Part shown: piece after piece, positions 1-9,999 of the stretch
Position numbering within the stretch: the first letter of the stretch is position 1
Layout: each line of letters opens with the position of its first letter
Virus record (IMG/VR): IMGVR_UViG_3300009502_000036
Span: 1-64,000 of that record
Source of the DNA: a virus
DNA: 64,000 bases
Direction: 5' to 3' (one strand)
Made by a program: the position numbers and the translations under genes
The notes under the pieces: model-generated
Database searches by the model: none
What the model saw: only the letters and a program-made list of their open reading frames with translations
What the model was told of the DNA's origin: nothing

Positions 1-281
1 AAGAAGATTCGTTCTCGATCCGCTTCAATGCATCTTATTTGAGGCTAGGAAGGAGGAAGAGGAAGGCTTTAGGTCTAACAGTAAATTGGCGAGCATACCA
101 TGTTTGAAGTTTTTCAAGAAATATTAGAAACTAATTGTGGGCAGCTCGTATGGGCATGTACGGCTGATGATGTCTATACTTACGCTTGCCCTGGATGCAT
201 GTATACGGCAATTGAAGACGATGAATGTTCTGTATGTGGTACAAAATATATTTTTCCAGACTCAAATAAATTTTACAATTC

Positions 282-481
282 ATGATCACAAAGGAACATC
301 AATTACTCAAGGATCTTATAGAACCTATGAATATACCAATTGCTAGAGAAAAAATATTTCTTTGGCAAATCTTAAATGGCTCGGAAGGAATCTTTATATA
401 AGGAATAAAGATCATGAGAATTTTGATGAAGCTGTTAAAATTCTTAAAGCAAATGAAATATTTTGTGTGGGGTATTATTAA
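282..481 (+). pseudogene. small phage protein interrupted by a frameshift in an A6 run
   Basis: ATG at 282 gives MITKEHQLLKDLIEPMNIPIARE; adding one A in the run at 349-354 continues as ...NISLANLKWLGRNLYIRNKDHENFDEAVKILK...VGYY*. Confidence 0.5.
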
Positions 482-568
482 TATAACAAAGTTATTTTTG
501 TTTTTGAGTATTTTTTTATTATATTATTACTGTAGGTAATATTAATAAATTAAATTTGGAGATAGATC

Positions 569-851
569 ATGAAAAAATAAACTTCCTTTACCTCAAATTA
601 AAGTATGGCTCGGTAATACACCAGGCGCATCAGAACAAATTCAAAACCAATTATTTGCTGCAGGATATAAGTGGGATGATGGTTCAAAGAAGATTCAACA
701 TACAGATAGGAATTCTATAGTTACTTACGAAAATGGTAGATTTGCTGCAAGAAATTACTCATCAAAAGACACAATTATAGGAAACTTCCCAGATCATGAA
801 TTATGGGAAGTTGAGTCAAAGACAGTATATTCTATTAATAGACCTAAATAA
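569..851 (+). pseudogene. hypothetical protein (~93 aa) frameshifted at an A6 run right after the start
   Basis: ATG AAA AAA TAA as written; removing one A (572-577) opens MKNKLPLPQIKVWLGNTPG...SINRPK* to TAA 849-851; promoter-like motif at 520. Confidence 0.55.
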
Positions 852-852
852 C

Positions 853-1104
853 ATGTCAAAACATATTGAAAAATACTTTGAACTTGAGAAGAAGCTTAGA
901 GACATATCAGAAGACATGATGTATACTGCACAATGCTTCTTAACAACAGGAAACAAAGAACACTATAAGTACCTCAGTGACACTGCTACAAAAATTTTCA
1001 TGATACAAGAAGAATTTAGGAATACTCAGTGTGATGAAAGTAAAGAGAGACTTAAAAAATTTCAGGAAGATCTTGCAGAAACAATTAAGAGTATTATAAA
1101 ATAA
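853..1104 (+). CDS. hypothetical protein
   Basis: ORF track 796..1104; likelier start is the ATG at 853 (MSKHIEKY), just after the upstream stop. Confidence 0.55.
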   Translation: MSKHIEKYFELEKKLRDISEDMMYTAQCFLTTGNKEHYKYLSDTATKIFMIQEEFRNTQCDESKERLKKFQEDLAETIKSIIK

Positions 1105-1224
1105 TTGAAATTAAAAATGTACTGCCTTTTTTGATAATAGAGTTCGGGTTGCACAAATTGCAAGATGTTTAGTGTACAATGTTCTAGAATGTAAACTAGT
1201 AGACTTTTTTAACTTTAAAATAAT

Positions 1225-1383
1225 ATGTGTGATAAGATTAAATACGGTTCAAAATCTATAGCCTTACTCGAAGGTTTGACGTTAGTTCAAAAAGGTTTTT
1301 GGAAAAGTAAAATTTATCGTGCATATTACTGTGGCAAGTGCAGGAGATGGCATTTAACTAGTAGAAAGGATATATGTAATTAA
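1225..1383 (+). CDS. small putative zinc-binding phage protein (52 aa)
   Basis: Hand-translated MCDKIKYGSK...RAYYCGKCRRWHLTSRK; the RAYxCxxCxxWHLTS pattern is typical of small phage proteins; below ORF-track cutoff. Confidence 0.65.
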   Translation: MCDKIKYGSKSIALLEGLTLVQKGFWKSKIYRAYYCGKCRRWHLTSRKDICN

Positions 1384-1670
1384 TTATAGGTTGTATAGAA
1401 CGGAACATATCCAACACAAATTTATTATTCAAGGCACAAAAATGAAATTAATAACGGTTCAAGATCATTATGATGGAGATTATGGATGGGATTCGTATTA
1501 TTACGACCGGTTTGTTTGGGTTCCTGATATCTATGAAGGGGAGGATTATATAGATCATGGAGCTGAAGAATTATCAAAACGTTTTCGAACAAAGGAGTTG
1601 GCGATGGAATGGAAAGAGATCATATTGCAAGAAATTTCAAGTGAATTAAATCACGAGTAACAATTTTTAT

Positions 1671-1928
1671 ATGAAAGAAGGTTTAAGGCTTAAATATACT
1701 GGGAATGTATCTGAAGAACAGATACGTTGGGGAGGATGTACTGATCCAAGAGAAGTACTTACACCCGATAAAGAGTATGAAGTTGAAGAAGTTATAGTAC
1801 ATTCTTGGCATACAAAAATAATAGTAAAGGGAATAGATGGAAAGTTCAATTCTGCTTGGTTTGAGGGGTTTGAGATTGATGATGAAGATACGGAGAAATT
1901 TTACAAAAGAAAATATGGTAAAATATGA
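1671..1928 (+). CDS. hypothetical phage protein
   Basis: 85-aa ORF with ATGA overlap into the next gene. Confidence 0.6.
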   Translation: MKEGLRLKYTGNVSEEQIRWGGCTDPREVLTPDKEYEVEEVIVHSWHTKIIVKGIDGKFNSAWFEGFEIDDEDTEKFYKRKYGKI

Positions 1929-2326
1929 GAGAATATAAATTCAGAGTTTACGACAAACGTCTAAAGCAGTACATTAAAGATGCAGAAGGATTTCACGTAC
2001 TTGGTGAGGTTATGGCATTTGCAATTATTGAGCAATACATTAAAGAAAATATGGATGGTTATTCCTCTCTTAGTCGTTGGAATGATATGCAGTTAGAGCA
2101 ATGCACTGGAATTAAAGATAAGAATGGAAAGGATATTTATGAGAATGATATCATAAGGTATATTAACGATGAATACCCATCAATACATGAGGATTTTTGT
2201 GTTGTATGGGATAAATTTTATGGTATGTATGATACGAAGAACAGTAACAAAGACGACTTCATTTGCATTACGCTCTGGAATAAACAAGAGGTAGTCGGTA
2301 ATATAAATGAAATGGAACTATTGTGA
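1925..2326 (+). CDS. YopX-family protein
   Basis: MREYKFRVYDK start, QCTGIKDKNGKDIYENDII core, EVVGNI end. Confidence 0.85.
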   Translation: MREYKFRVYDKRLKQYIKDAEGFHVLGEVMAFAIIEQYIKENMDGYSSLSRWNDMQLEQCTGIKDKNGKDIYENDIIRYINDEYPSIHEDFCVVWDKFYGMYDTKNSNKDDFICITLWNKQEVVGNINEMELL

Positions 2327-2634
2327 TAACGATCTTTGATATACTTCAAGCATTTCCTTTAAAAGTTCTTATTCTTCATGAAGACTACAAGAGAATACAA
2401 ATAGAGTACAATGAGATTGCAGAGGCTTCAAACATTTCGTTTTCTAAGCTGACAAAAGGTGAGATAATCTTTGAAACAACTCTTTCCAGGATAATCATAC
2501 CAAACCCTTCTAGCAATGTACTTCGGGGAAGACATTTCGATAAGTACTTTATGACAAATACAATATTAAATGAGTATTCTGATAAGATATATCCGTACAT
2601 TTACAATTACGAACAAATAACTATTATACCATGA
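2323..2634 (+). CDS. hypothetical protein
   Basis: 103-aa ORF coupled by overlap to its neighbours. Confidence 0.55.
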   Translation: MITIFDILQAFPLKVLILHEDYKRIQIEYNEIAEASNISFSKLTKGEIIFETTLSRIIIPNPSSNVLRGRHFDKYFMTNTILNEYSDKIYPYIYNYEQITIIP

Positions 2635-3053
2635 GAACTTCAATACTAAAACTTAATTCTAAGAATATTAACAATAGAATTTATACAGAGGATAATATCA
2701 GTTATCTTCTTGATGGTTATGATGTCACAAATCCTATCTATTTACTAAATACTGATTCTACATTCACGTGGAAATATAAAAGACTTAAAAAAAATTATAG
2801 GATATGCTGAATCTTTTGATCTTGAAAACGATGTGGTTTTTGTGAATTTTTGCGTATATCCTCATCAGAAACTATTTATTGATAATCTTTTATCAAAGGG
2901 TTATATTATGAGACCATGCGAAGTCGGAGAAATAGAAGGAAATTATGTTGAGGATTATAAGATGTTGTATCTAAACCTCTATCCGAATGAAGACGATGCA
3001 TTTGGAGAGTTATTATGAGGGATAATATTTTTGGCAAACTAAATTGAAGTTAT

Positions 3054-3596
3054 ATGACGTACGATGAAGGATGGCCTAAATTTGATTTTGAGATCGAAAA
3101 AACTGAAATTGAAGCTAAGCCTCGTAGGCAGAAGCTTCCAGAACCAAAAGAACCTCGTGAAGTTTTAACGGCAAAAGATTATTACACTCATCACATGGTT
3201 AAGTATGATGAGCCTAATGGAATAGGATTCTATTCTTTAGATGTTTTACCATTCTTGATTGGTCATAAATGGGATGAAATTGCTTTAGGATATGTTCATT
3301 CTCTCAGACCTTCTTCTATACGAGTAAGTAATGGACTATTTACTTGTGATGGCAGATGTAATAGAGTGAGTGTTACTGTTGATGAAAACGAAATCATTAC
3401 TCGCCTAACTCAGGAGGTTGAAGTAGGTTTACCGAAAGGCATTACTTCTGGCGAACAGATGAGAAATGCCTTAAAGTATGGGATCGATTCTCCCCAAGCG
3501 TTATGGTATAATGATGCGGAAAGTTTCCTTTATTGTGAAGACGGCTACTTCAAAAGAGTTGGAGACGAATACGTAATCTTTCCTCAACCAGAATAA
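3054..3596 (+). CDS. hypothetical phage protein
   Basis: 180-aa ORF. Confidence 0.65.
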   Translation: MTYDEGWPKFDFEIEKTEIEAKPRRQKLPEPKEPREVLTAKDYYTHHMVKYDEPNGIGFYSLDVLPFLIGHKWDEIALGYVHSLRPSSIRVSNGLFTCDGRCNRVSVTVDENEIITRLTQEVEVGLPKGITSGEQMRNALKYGIDSPQALWYNDAESFLYCEDGYFKRVGDEYVIFPQPE

Positions 3597-3881
3597 AATG
3601 CTAAGATGATAGAGATGGTAATTATATTTTTAAGTATTTTAACTGAACAGGTTTCAAACGGAATTTACAGTATTATGAATAAACCATTTTATTATTGCGA
3701 TGTAACGTATTTTAGATCGTTACCGTCTGAACACTTTACTACAAGATGTACTATTCTTCATGAGTGGTCTTCAAAGTATTATTTTTATCAACACTACCCT
3801 AAAGCTAGACTAAACTCGCTATGAATAAAATTCGTTTGTATTAGGATAGGAATCCTGATTGTATTTTGATGCGATACATTA

Positions 3882-3932
3882 AAATAATATTTTAAGTTAT
3901 AATAATTTTATGTATATTATACTATAAGAAAA
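3882..3932 (+). repeat. 51-bp promoter-containing direct repeat, copy 1
   Basis: AAATAATATTTTAAGTTATAATAATTTTATGTATATTATACTATAAGAAAA, identical to 4710-4760. Confidence 0.9.
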
Positions 3933-4230
3933 TATATTTGAACTAAATAAAACATAATTATCCATGATAAATATACCTCTTAAAATTACTAATGTAAGTT
4001 CTTGGGATGGTGAAGAATACAATGAAACTTATGAATTGAAGATGAATTATGCGGGTGAAGATCATGTTTTCTTTTTAGATTTTGATGATATGTATAGACT
4101 AAGAGAAGAAATAAACAACCAGATAAATGAATAAAGGTTTAAATAGTCGGCAAAAAACAGTGTATCTGTACTTTATAGACTAACATAAAAAATAGCTAAT
4201 AGGTTACGTCACTCATCTTTTTATTTAAAT

Positions 4231-4316
4231 GCCAGATTGGTGGAATTGGTAGACACCCAGGACTTAAAATCCTGTGCTTAGCAATAAGCGTGTGAGTTCG
4301 ACTCTCATATCTGGTA
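4231..4316 (+). tRNA. tRNA-Leu(TAA)
   Basis: Acceptor GCCAGAT/ATCTGGT, D loop TGGTGGAATTGGTAGACAC, anticodon arm CAGGA-CT-TAA-AA-TCCTG, long variable arm GCTTA/TAAGC, T arm GTGAG-TTCGACT-CTCAT, A73; CCA not encoded. Confidence 0.93.
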
Positions 4317-4355
4317 CATTGAGGTAAATAAAATAATGACAAAATTAATTTCATA

Positions 4356-4706
4356 ATGATTACTGCAAATGAAGCTAGGCTTATAGCTAATACCAGTCAG
4401 ATTAAAATAAGTGAAATGTTAGAGGAGATAGGTAAAGTCATTGAGGAAAAGTCAGCTCTTAATATTAGGAGTATATATCTTGATCATGAGTTACCTGATA
4501 GAGGAGAATATAAACTTGATAATGATATGTTTAGGGCACCCAACCTAACACCTATACAGGCAATAATAGTAGATGCCCTTAAGTGTTATCCATTGGAATA
4601 TTGTGTTGCTATAATTGTGGAGGAGCATGATGGTAGAGCCGGATTGGGCTCTATTGATGACGATCCTAAACCATTTTCAACATATCATATAAAAGTTTCT
4701 TGGTAA
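4356..4706 (+). CDS. hypothetical phage protein
   Basis: MITANEAR...IKVSW, a common small phage protein pattern. Confidence 0.65.
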   Translation: MITANEARLIANTSQIKISEMLEEIGKVIEEKSALNIRSIYLDHELPDRGEYKLDNDMFRAPNLTPIQAIIVDALKCYPLEYCVAIIVEEHDGRAGLGSIDDDPKPFSTYHIKVSW

Positions 4707-4709
4707 TTT

Positions 4710-4760
4710 AAATAATATTTTAAGTTATAATAATTTTATGTATATTATACTATAAGAAAA
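4710..4760 (+). repeat. 51-bp promoter-containing direct repeat, copy 2
   Basis: Identical to 3882-3932; lies 21 nt before ATG 4782. Confidence 0.9.
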
Positions 4761-5208
4761 ATTATTTAACAAGTTTCGATTATGAAAGCATATGGAGTAA
4801 AAAGGGCTTTGCGTGAAGAAGAAGATTCGTTACAAACTTCTACAGGATGCACAACAAGACATGAAGCTAAAGTTCGTAAAAGAAGGGTTTCTAAAAAAGA
4901 AGTTCGCTCTAAAGTAAAGCGTTACATTTATGCAGAAGTTAATGGTCTCGATCTTAATAAAAAAAAGAGATTTTAACAAGAATTAATATTTTTAAGTAGC
5001 TTTATAAATCAGAAAACTAAAGGATTTTTATGAAATATGTTTGTGGGGGTCGTGGGGTCCTTTATTCTCGTCTGGGTATTAAAGGAATTTTGTAAGCTTC
5101 AGATAGAATGCTCCATGGATAAAGCTGCATTCGTTTCTGGAGTAGTATTGCTAATTTGCTTCATATATAAAATGTGGTTTGGAAAATGGGATGTTATCGA
5201 CGTGATAA

Positions 5209-5499
5209 ATGAGCAGTGAAAAGGATTTTGGTGTGTCTGAACAACCGTGTGTGACATGTCCAATGATAAATAGTGTTATCAAATCGATTAATTCTGCACT
5301 GTGTAATATAAAGGGATGGGATTACGATCCCACTATAGAAGATTTAAAAGATAAGTGTTCGAATGTTGAAGATGATTTATGGAGTTTGGTGAGTGAGATG
5401 GAAGATATAAGAAAAAATGTTGAGTTAATCCGTGAATGGGGTCAGGAATGGAAAGATTTAGCAAAATCTTTTGATAAGAAATTAATGGAAACTGCTTAA
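5209..5499 (+). CDS. hypothetical coiled-coil protein
   Basis: 96-aa ORF with CxxCP and IREWG motifs. Confidence 0.6.
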   Translation: MSSEKDFGVSEQPCVTCPMINSVIKSINSALCNIKGWDYDPTIEDLKDKCSNVEDDLWSLVSEMEDIRKNVELIREWGQEWKDLAKSFDKKLMETA

Positions 5500-5669
5500 T
5501 CAATTAGAATGTAAACAAAAAATAAATGAGCTCGGAACACATAGATATGAAAAATAACAGAATTGGGGATTCAAAATGCAAAGGAGCGGGGCATGTGCAG
5601 GGCGGAGAGCCGCCGTACTGATTGATAGGCTGACTAAAACAAAACATTAACCAATAACCAAAAAATATC

Positions 5670-6014
5670 ATGAAAAAAGAAATCGTAATTGATGGCGTGA
5701 CTTATGTGCCAAAGACAAACACTGTAACTGACGGCGCGTATGCGATTGTCAGAACTGCCTCGGCAGGAGTGTTCGCCGGAAATCTTGCAGAAAGAAACGG
5801 TCAGGAGGTGAGGCTTACAAACGCTCGAAGACTATGGTATTGGGAAGGTGCCGCTTCTCTTTCGCAGCTTGCAAATGAGGGCGTAAAAGTACCGGAAAAA
5901 TGCAAGTTTCCTGTGGAGGTGCCAGAGGTAATATTGACGCAGTCCATCGAAATTCTTCCTGTAAGTGACGATGCCAAAAAGTCAATCGCGGAGGTTCCTG
6001 TATGGGAAATGTAA
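5670..6014 (+). CDS. DUF6948-like phage protein
   Basis: IVRTASAGVFAG...NARRLWYWEGAASLSQLA signature; this family is typically followed by a GYG-repeat ORF, as here. Confidence 0.75.
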   Translation: MKKEIVIDGVTYVPKTNTVTDGAYAIVRTASAGVFAGNLAERNGQEVRLTNARRLWYWEGAASLSQLANEGVKVPEKCKFPVEVPEVILTQSIEILPVSDDAKKSIAEVPVWEM

Positions 6015-6229
6015 CCTCTGGCTATGGCTATGGCTATGGCTCTGGCTATGGCGATGGCTCTGGCTATGGCGATGGCTATGGCTCTGGCTATGGCTCTGGC
6101 TATGGCTCTGGCTATGGCTCTGGCTATGGCTCTGGCTATGGCGATGGCGATGGCTCTGGCGATGGCTATGGCGATGGCTATGGCGATGGCTCTGGCTATG
6201 GCTCTGGCTATGGCTCTGGCTATGGCTAA
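6002..6229 (+). CDS. glycine-rich GYGSG/GYGDG repeat protein
   Basis: Encoded by a hexamer microsatellite (GGCTAT/GGCTCT/GGCGAT), ~6017-6226. Confidence 0.65.
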   Translation: MGNVTSGYGYGYGSGYGDGSGYGDGYGSGYGSGYGSGYGSGYGSGYGDGDGSGDGYGDGYGDGSGYGSGYGSGYG

Positions 6230-6246
6230 ATAGTAGTGAAATGGTT

Positions 6247-6317
6247 TCCGGAGTAGCTCAGAGGTAGAGCAAGCCTGATTAAAGGCTGTGTCGCGGGTTC
6301 GATCCCCGCTTTCGGAG
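6247..6317 (+). tRNA. atypical tRNA-like element (Asn-like body, malformed anticodon loop)
   Basis: Acceptor TCCGGAG/TTTCGGA plus G73, D arm GCTC-AGAGGTA-GAGC, T arm GCGGG-TTCGATC-CCCGC; anticodon stem AGCCT/AGGCT closes only a 6-nt loop GATTAA. Confidence 0.65.
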
Positions 6318-6369
6318 CAAAGCAACAATAACCAATAAACGAAGAACAACATGATAAAGAAATAATATT

Positions 6370-7002
6370 ATGAGTGATAATATAACTATAGAAAAGTGTT
6401 TTAATACACCAGGGGAGTTAGAGAACGAGTTTTTACCATCAGAAAATGCTTCCTGTCCTATGCGGGATGCAATGACAAAAAATAGGAACGAAGATTTGTT
6501 TGGAAATGATGATTTACGAAAAATTTCTTCTGGCGATTTTACTGGTGTTGGTGAAACTGTAAAAGAAATGTTTTCTGCTATGTCGATAGATTCTGTTCCC
6601 AATGCTAACAAAATAGTTGGGGCATTTGAACGTGTGGTTCAAGAAAATTGGATAGAGGCACTTGGTGATTTATGTTTACGTTTGGCAGGATTGCCGCAGG
6701 AAACGTTAGCAAAACGTATTGTTAATGCCCACAAAGCCGATATTTCGGAGCGCATAGTAAGAATGGAGCATGATGCAATAGTTTTAGCGCAGGCTAATGA
6801 CGATAACGCGTATGAACTTAAACAGCGCATAGCAGAGCTGGAGCGCGAGGTATTTACAGCCCGTAACCTTGCGAACATGGCCGCAGGGAACTTGAACGAG
6901 TGGAAAGCTAAATGCGCGGAACTCGAAGCTCAACTCCGCGAAGCACAGACAAAACTTGCAGGCCGTGACGGGATTTCGCAAAACGGGAGGAGAGGGAAAT
7001 GA
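6370..7002 (+). CDS. hypothetical coiled-coil protein, apparently mosaic
   Basis: 210-aa ORF; AT-rich 5' half and GC-richer 3' half (ELKQRIAELE coiled coil). Confidence 0.6.
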   Translation: MSDNITIEKCFNTPGELENEFLPSENASCPMRDAMTKNRNEDLFGNDDLRKISSGDFTGVGETVKEMFSAMSIDSVPNANKIVGAFERVVQENWIEALGDLCLRLAGLPQETLAKRIVNAHKADISERIVRMEHDAIVLAQANDDNAYELKQRIAELEREVFTARNLANMAAGNLNEWKAKCAELEAQLREAQTKLAGRDGISQNGRRGK

Positions 7003-7079
7003 CAGAACTTGAACTGATAAATCAAATCAAAGATGCGTGTACGTCTATTGGCGCGAGGAAAAACGAGAAGGTTGTTGAT

Positions 7080-7120
7080 AGATAAGGAACTATTTTTTTC
7101 CTAAATTTCTTAAACCTAAA
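7080..7120 (+). repeat. 41-bp dispersed direct repeat (second copy 11471-11511)
   Basis: AGATAAGGAACTATTTTTTTCCTAAATTTCTTAAACCTAAA occurs at both sites. Confidence 0.9.
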
Positions 7121-7956
7121 TGTTGAACCATGGCCAAAGAAACTATAATCAAGATTGGAATTGTCTTAACATGAGATTTAATTCTTATCAATTATCCCTA
7201 TCACCATTTATCTTCTCTAGATTATGAACGTTCTATTAAGTGTAACATATAAGAACTCCCAAGGAAAGACAAAGACGTTCGCTGAGGTGGTTGATCTAGA
7301 TAGAATAAATTTTACTTTAACTAGATATAGTACATTTAAGAGATCTATGTTACTATTATTTGGAAAGTATGATGAGATTAGAGATTATCATTCTGGTATA
7401 TCTGGACTAACACAGATGATTGATGATTTAGAAAGTGGGAAGTACACTAATACTTAATAACACGATTTATGAGACAGAAATTAGAAGAACTATTAGCACG
7501 TATTGAGAGACATAAAGATTGCACTATACCAGTATGGTCAATAAAAGATTCTGTTATAGGAATACTGGACTCTGATGATCCTTATGTAGAAGATCAATTA
7601 ATCTCTCTCTGTGTAAGAAATTTATAGAAGATAATTATATTAGGTGTCCCGAAACTATCTATCAAAGTGATCATGTGATAGCATATGCATGTGAATTCAT
7701 TGAGGGTATTTGTGATATAGTTGGTTATAAACAATCATAACTTATAAATATATGTGTGTAAAAACAATAGGTAAGGCCGATACCTTCGATGATAAGTCTA
7801 ACTGGCAAATTGAGCCTGTTGTCAGAAGAGAGGTATATGAATATATTAGAGATAATAATGAAGATTATCCTGTTAGTGAGGAGGAAATAGATACTGTAAT
7901 AGCATCATTAGCTGCTTTAGGATATATCTTACTTCATGAATAAATAATATTAGATC

Positions 7957-8283
7957 ATGTTATTCAAAGATATACCAGATGATATAATTATGAAAATAGG
8001 TGTTTTAGCTTATGGTTATGAGAAGGGGATAACTACATCTATTTCTATTAGATATCAACCATATATTGCAGCATGGTATGAAGATTCTCGGGAAGTTTGG
8101 CGAGTGACTTTTGAAGGTTTGTTTGCTGATGATACAACTTATAAATATAGAGCAGATATTTGCACTAATAGAGATGTTTCGTTTTATTATATCAAAGATG
8201 GAATTCCCCACATTACACAAACATCTAATCAGAAAAAGATTCAAGATCTTTTTAATGATATAGGATATTTTTTTACTTCATGA
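7957..8283 (+). CDS. hypothetical protein
   Basis: 108-aa ORF in the early cluster. Confidence 0.6.
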   Translation: MLFKDIPDDIIMKIGVLAYGYEKGITTSISIRYQPYIAAWYEDSREVWRVTFEGLFADDTTYKYRADICTNRDVSFYYIKDGIPHITQTSNQKKIQDLFNDIGYFFTS

Positions 8284-8292
8284 ATAAAAATA

Positions 8293-8622
8293 ATGACTAT
8301 GTATACGGTTATCAGGTGTAACGCGACTCAAGCTGAGAAGCTCTTTAGAAAACACATGTGGTGGAAATTAGCTTCTTTTTATATACCATATTATGATAAT
8401 CCTAAAAGAGGATATGTGACAGTTTTGACCATCACTGGTAAAACAATAATTTATCAATTATCTGAAGATAATGAAGTTAGTTTTGTTAAATTTACAGGAT
8501 TTTATGATATTAAATATGATGTGAGATCACCTAATACATTATGTCCTGGAATGAGTAAAAAACTCAAAAGTTGGTGTGTTAAGTCTAAGAAGAGATTTTT
8601 GAAAGGAGGATATATATATTAG
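8293..8622 (+). CDS. hypothetical protein
   Basis: 109-aa ORF. Confidence 0.55.
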   Translation: MTMYTVIRCNATQAEKLFRKHMWWKLASFYIPYYDNPKRGYVTVLTITGKTIIYQLSEDNEVSFVKFTGFYDIKYDVRSPNTLCPGMSKKLKSWCVKSKKRFLKGGYIY

Positions 8623-8703
8623 CTTTATAGTTAAACATAAAGAGTTTGGCACTTATCATAGAAACAGTTTATCTATTGATCAAAATAAAAATGGATTCTA
8701 ATC

Positions 8704-8940
8704 ATGAGTGAACCTATTGTAGGAAGAAGATATAAACATTTTAAGGGAGATGTTTATGAGGTATTAAGAATAGCAGCACATAGTGAATCTAATGCTATGA
8801 TGGTAGTGTATAGGTTAGAAACAGATGGATCAGTTTGGACTAGAGCATTAGAGAGTTGGTTATCTCATATAGTAGCTAATGATGATTTATGTATAATTGA
8901 TAGATTTCAATTAATAGAAACGAAAGATGAGTACATTTAA
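8704..8940 (+). CDS. DUF1653-family protein
   Basis: YKHFKGDVYEV...AAHSE...MVVYR...VWTR...RF signature. Confidence 0.85.
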   Translation: MSEPIVGRRYKHFKGDVYEVLRIAAHSESNAMMVVYRLETDGSVWTRALESWLSHIVANDDLCIIDRFQLIETKDEYI

Positions 8941-8965
8941 TCTCAGTAAATAAATTAATAACCCA

Positions 8966-9709
8966 ATGCATTTTGTAATAGAGAAAGAACTTAATGACTT
9001 TTCTTTTCATTTAATAGAAGCAATTAAATTTCAGAATTGGTTTCTTGGGGATGAGAAGTACATTTATTCTTTGCATTCTAAAGAATATTTATCAACGTCC
9101 ATAGGCGTTGTTGGCATAGGTTTCGATAGAATTCCAGTTGGTAGTATAGATTTCATGAAGGAATATTTTAAGATATATCATCCTAATGTGAAGCTAGAAC
9201 CTATAAAGATAGATTTGTTTTCTGATGAAGTTTTAGGCAGAAAACTTTTTTATCAAAAAGGAAAAATACTGACAAAAACTTGCATTGTAAATAAAGTCTT
9301 TATAAAGGAACATGATTTTAAAGGATTTAGAGACGCACTTTTTCTGAATCCTGATGAATTGAAATTAGATAACACCGAAGCAGAATATTTGGTATCTGAT
9401 TTATTGGATATAGCGTCTGAATATAGATGTTTTGTTCATAGAGGAAAATTAGTTGGTATGAAACATTATCTTGGAAATGTGTACGATATCCCAAATGAAA
9501 AATATGTTTCTAAAGTAATTTCCGAATTTAATAAAATGAGTAAAAGAACCACATATAGTTTTGATGTCTCAACAGATATTTATGGGAAAAATCAACTTTT
9601 AGAAGTGCATGATTTCTTTTCTACAGGTTTATATGGATTCTCCGAATACAATATACTCCCACAAATGTTTGCCGCATCGTATATTTTTAACGCAAAGATA
9701 GTTTCATAG
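8966..9709 (+). CDS. ATP-grasp domain protein (DUF4343-like)
   Basis: PVGSIDF, VFIK, SEYRCFV, FDV, LLEVHDFFSTGLYG motifs. Confidence 0.8.
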   Translation: MHFVIEKELNDFSFHLIEAIKFQNWFLGDEKYIYSLHSKEYLSTSIGVVGIGFDRIPVGSIDFMKEYFKIYHPNVKLEPIKIDLFSDEVLGRKLFYQKGKILTKTCIVNKVFIKEHDFKGFRDALFLNPDELKLDNTEAEYLVSDLLDIASEYRCFVHRGKLVGMKHYLGNVYDIPNEKYVSKVISEFNKMSKRTTYSFDVSTDIYGKNQLLEVHDFFSTGLYGFSEYNILPQMFAASYIFNAKIVS

Positions 9710-9724
9710 TTAGAAGAAAATGTT

Positions 9725-9745
9725 TATATTATACTAGTTGAATAA
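9725..9745 (+). promoter_or_regulatory. putative early promoter (TATATTATACTAGTTGAAYAA family)
   Basis: Near-identical 21-mers at 9725, 12840 and 24608, each intergenic ahead of a gene run. Confidence 0.7.
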
Positions 9746-9999
9746 ATTAAAAAGATAATTATTATGACTGAAATAGAAAACATTCTTCAAAGAAAAGGTT
9801 GGTCTGTAATAAAAATAAAGAACGACCCATTTGTTGATGAAATTGTATCTGAATTGATAAGTTTATCTGGTCAGTTTTACGTTGCTACAGATTTTGATGC
9901 GGGGTTTGATGATCCTATTGTTAAAAGGGTTTGGGTAAAACTCGAATCTGATAGAAAGATTTTAGAAGAGTGGCAATCTACAATAGAAGAGGAGGAAGA

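Noticed and set aside
5801-6352. ORFs 5801..6352(-), 5965..6267(+) and 6024..6233(+) with ARAI, WL and MA repeats
   Set aside because: They are alternative frames of the same hexamer microsatellite; the Gly-Tyr frame is the plausible one.
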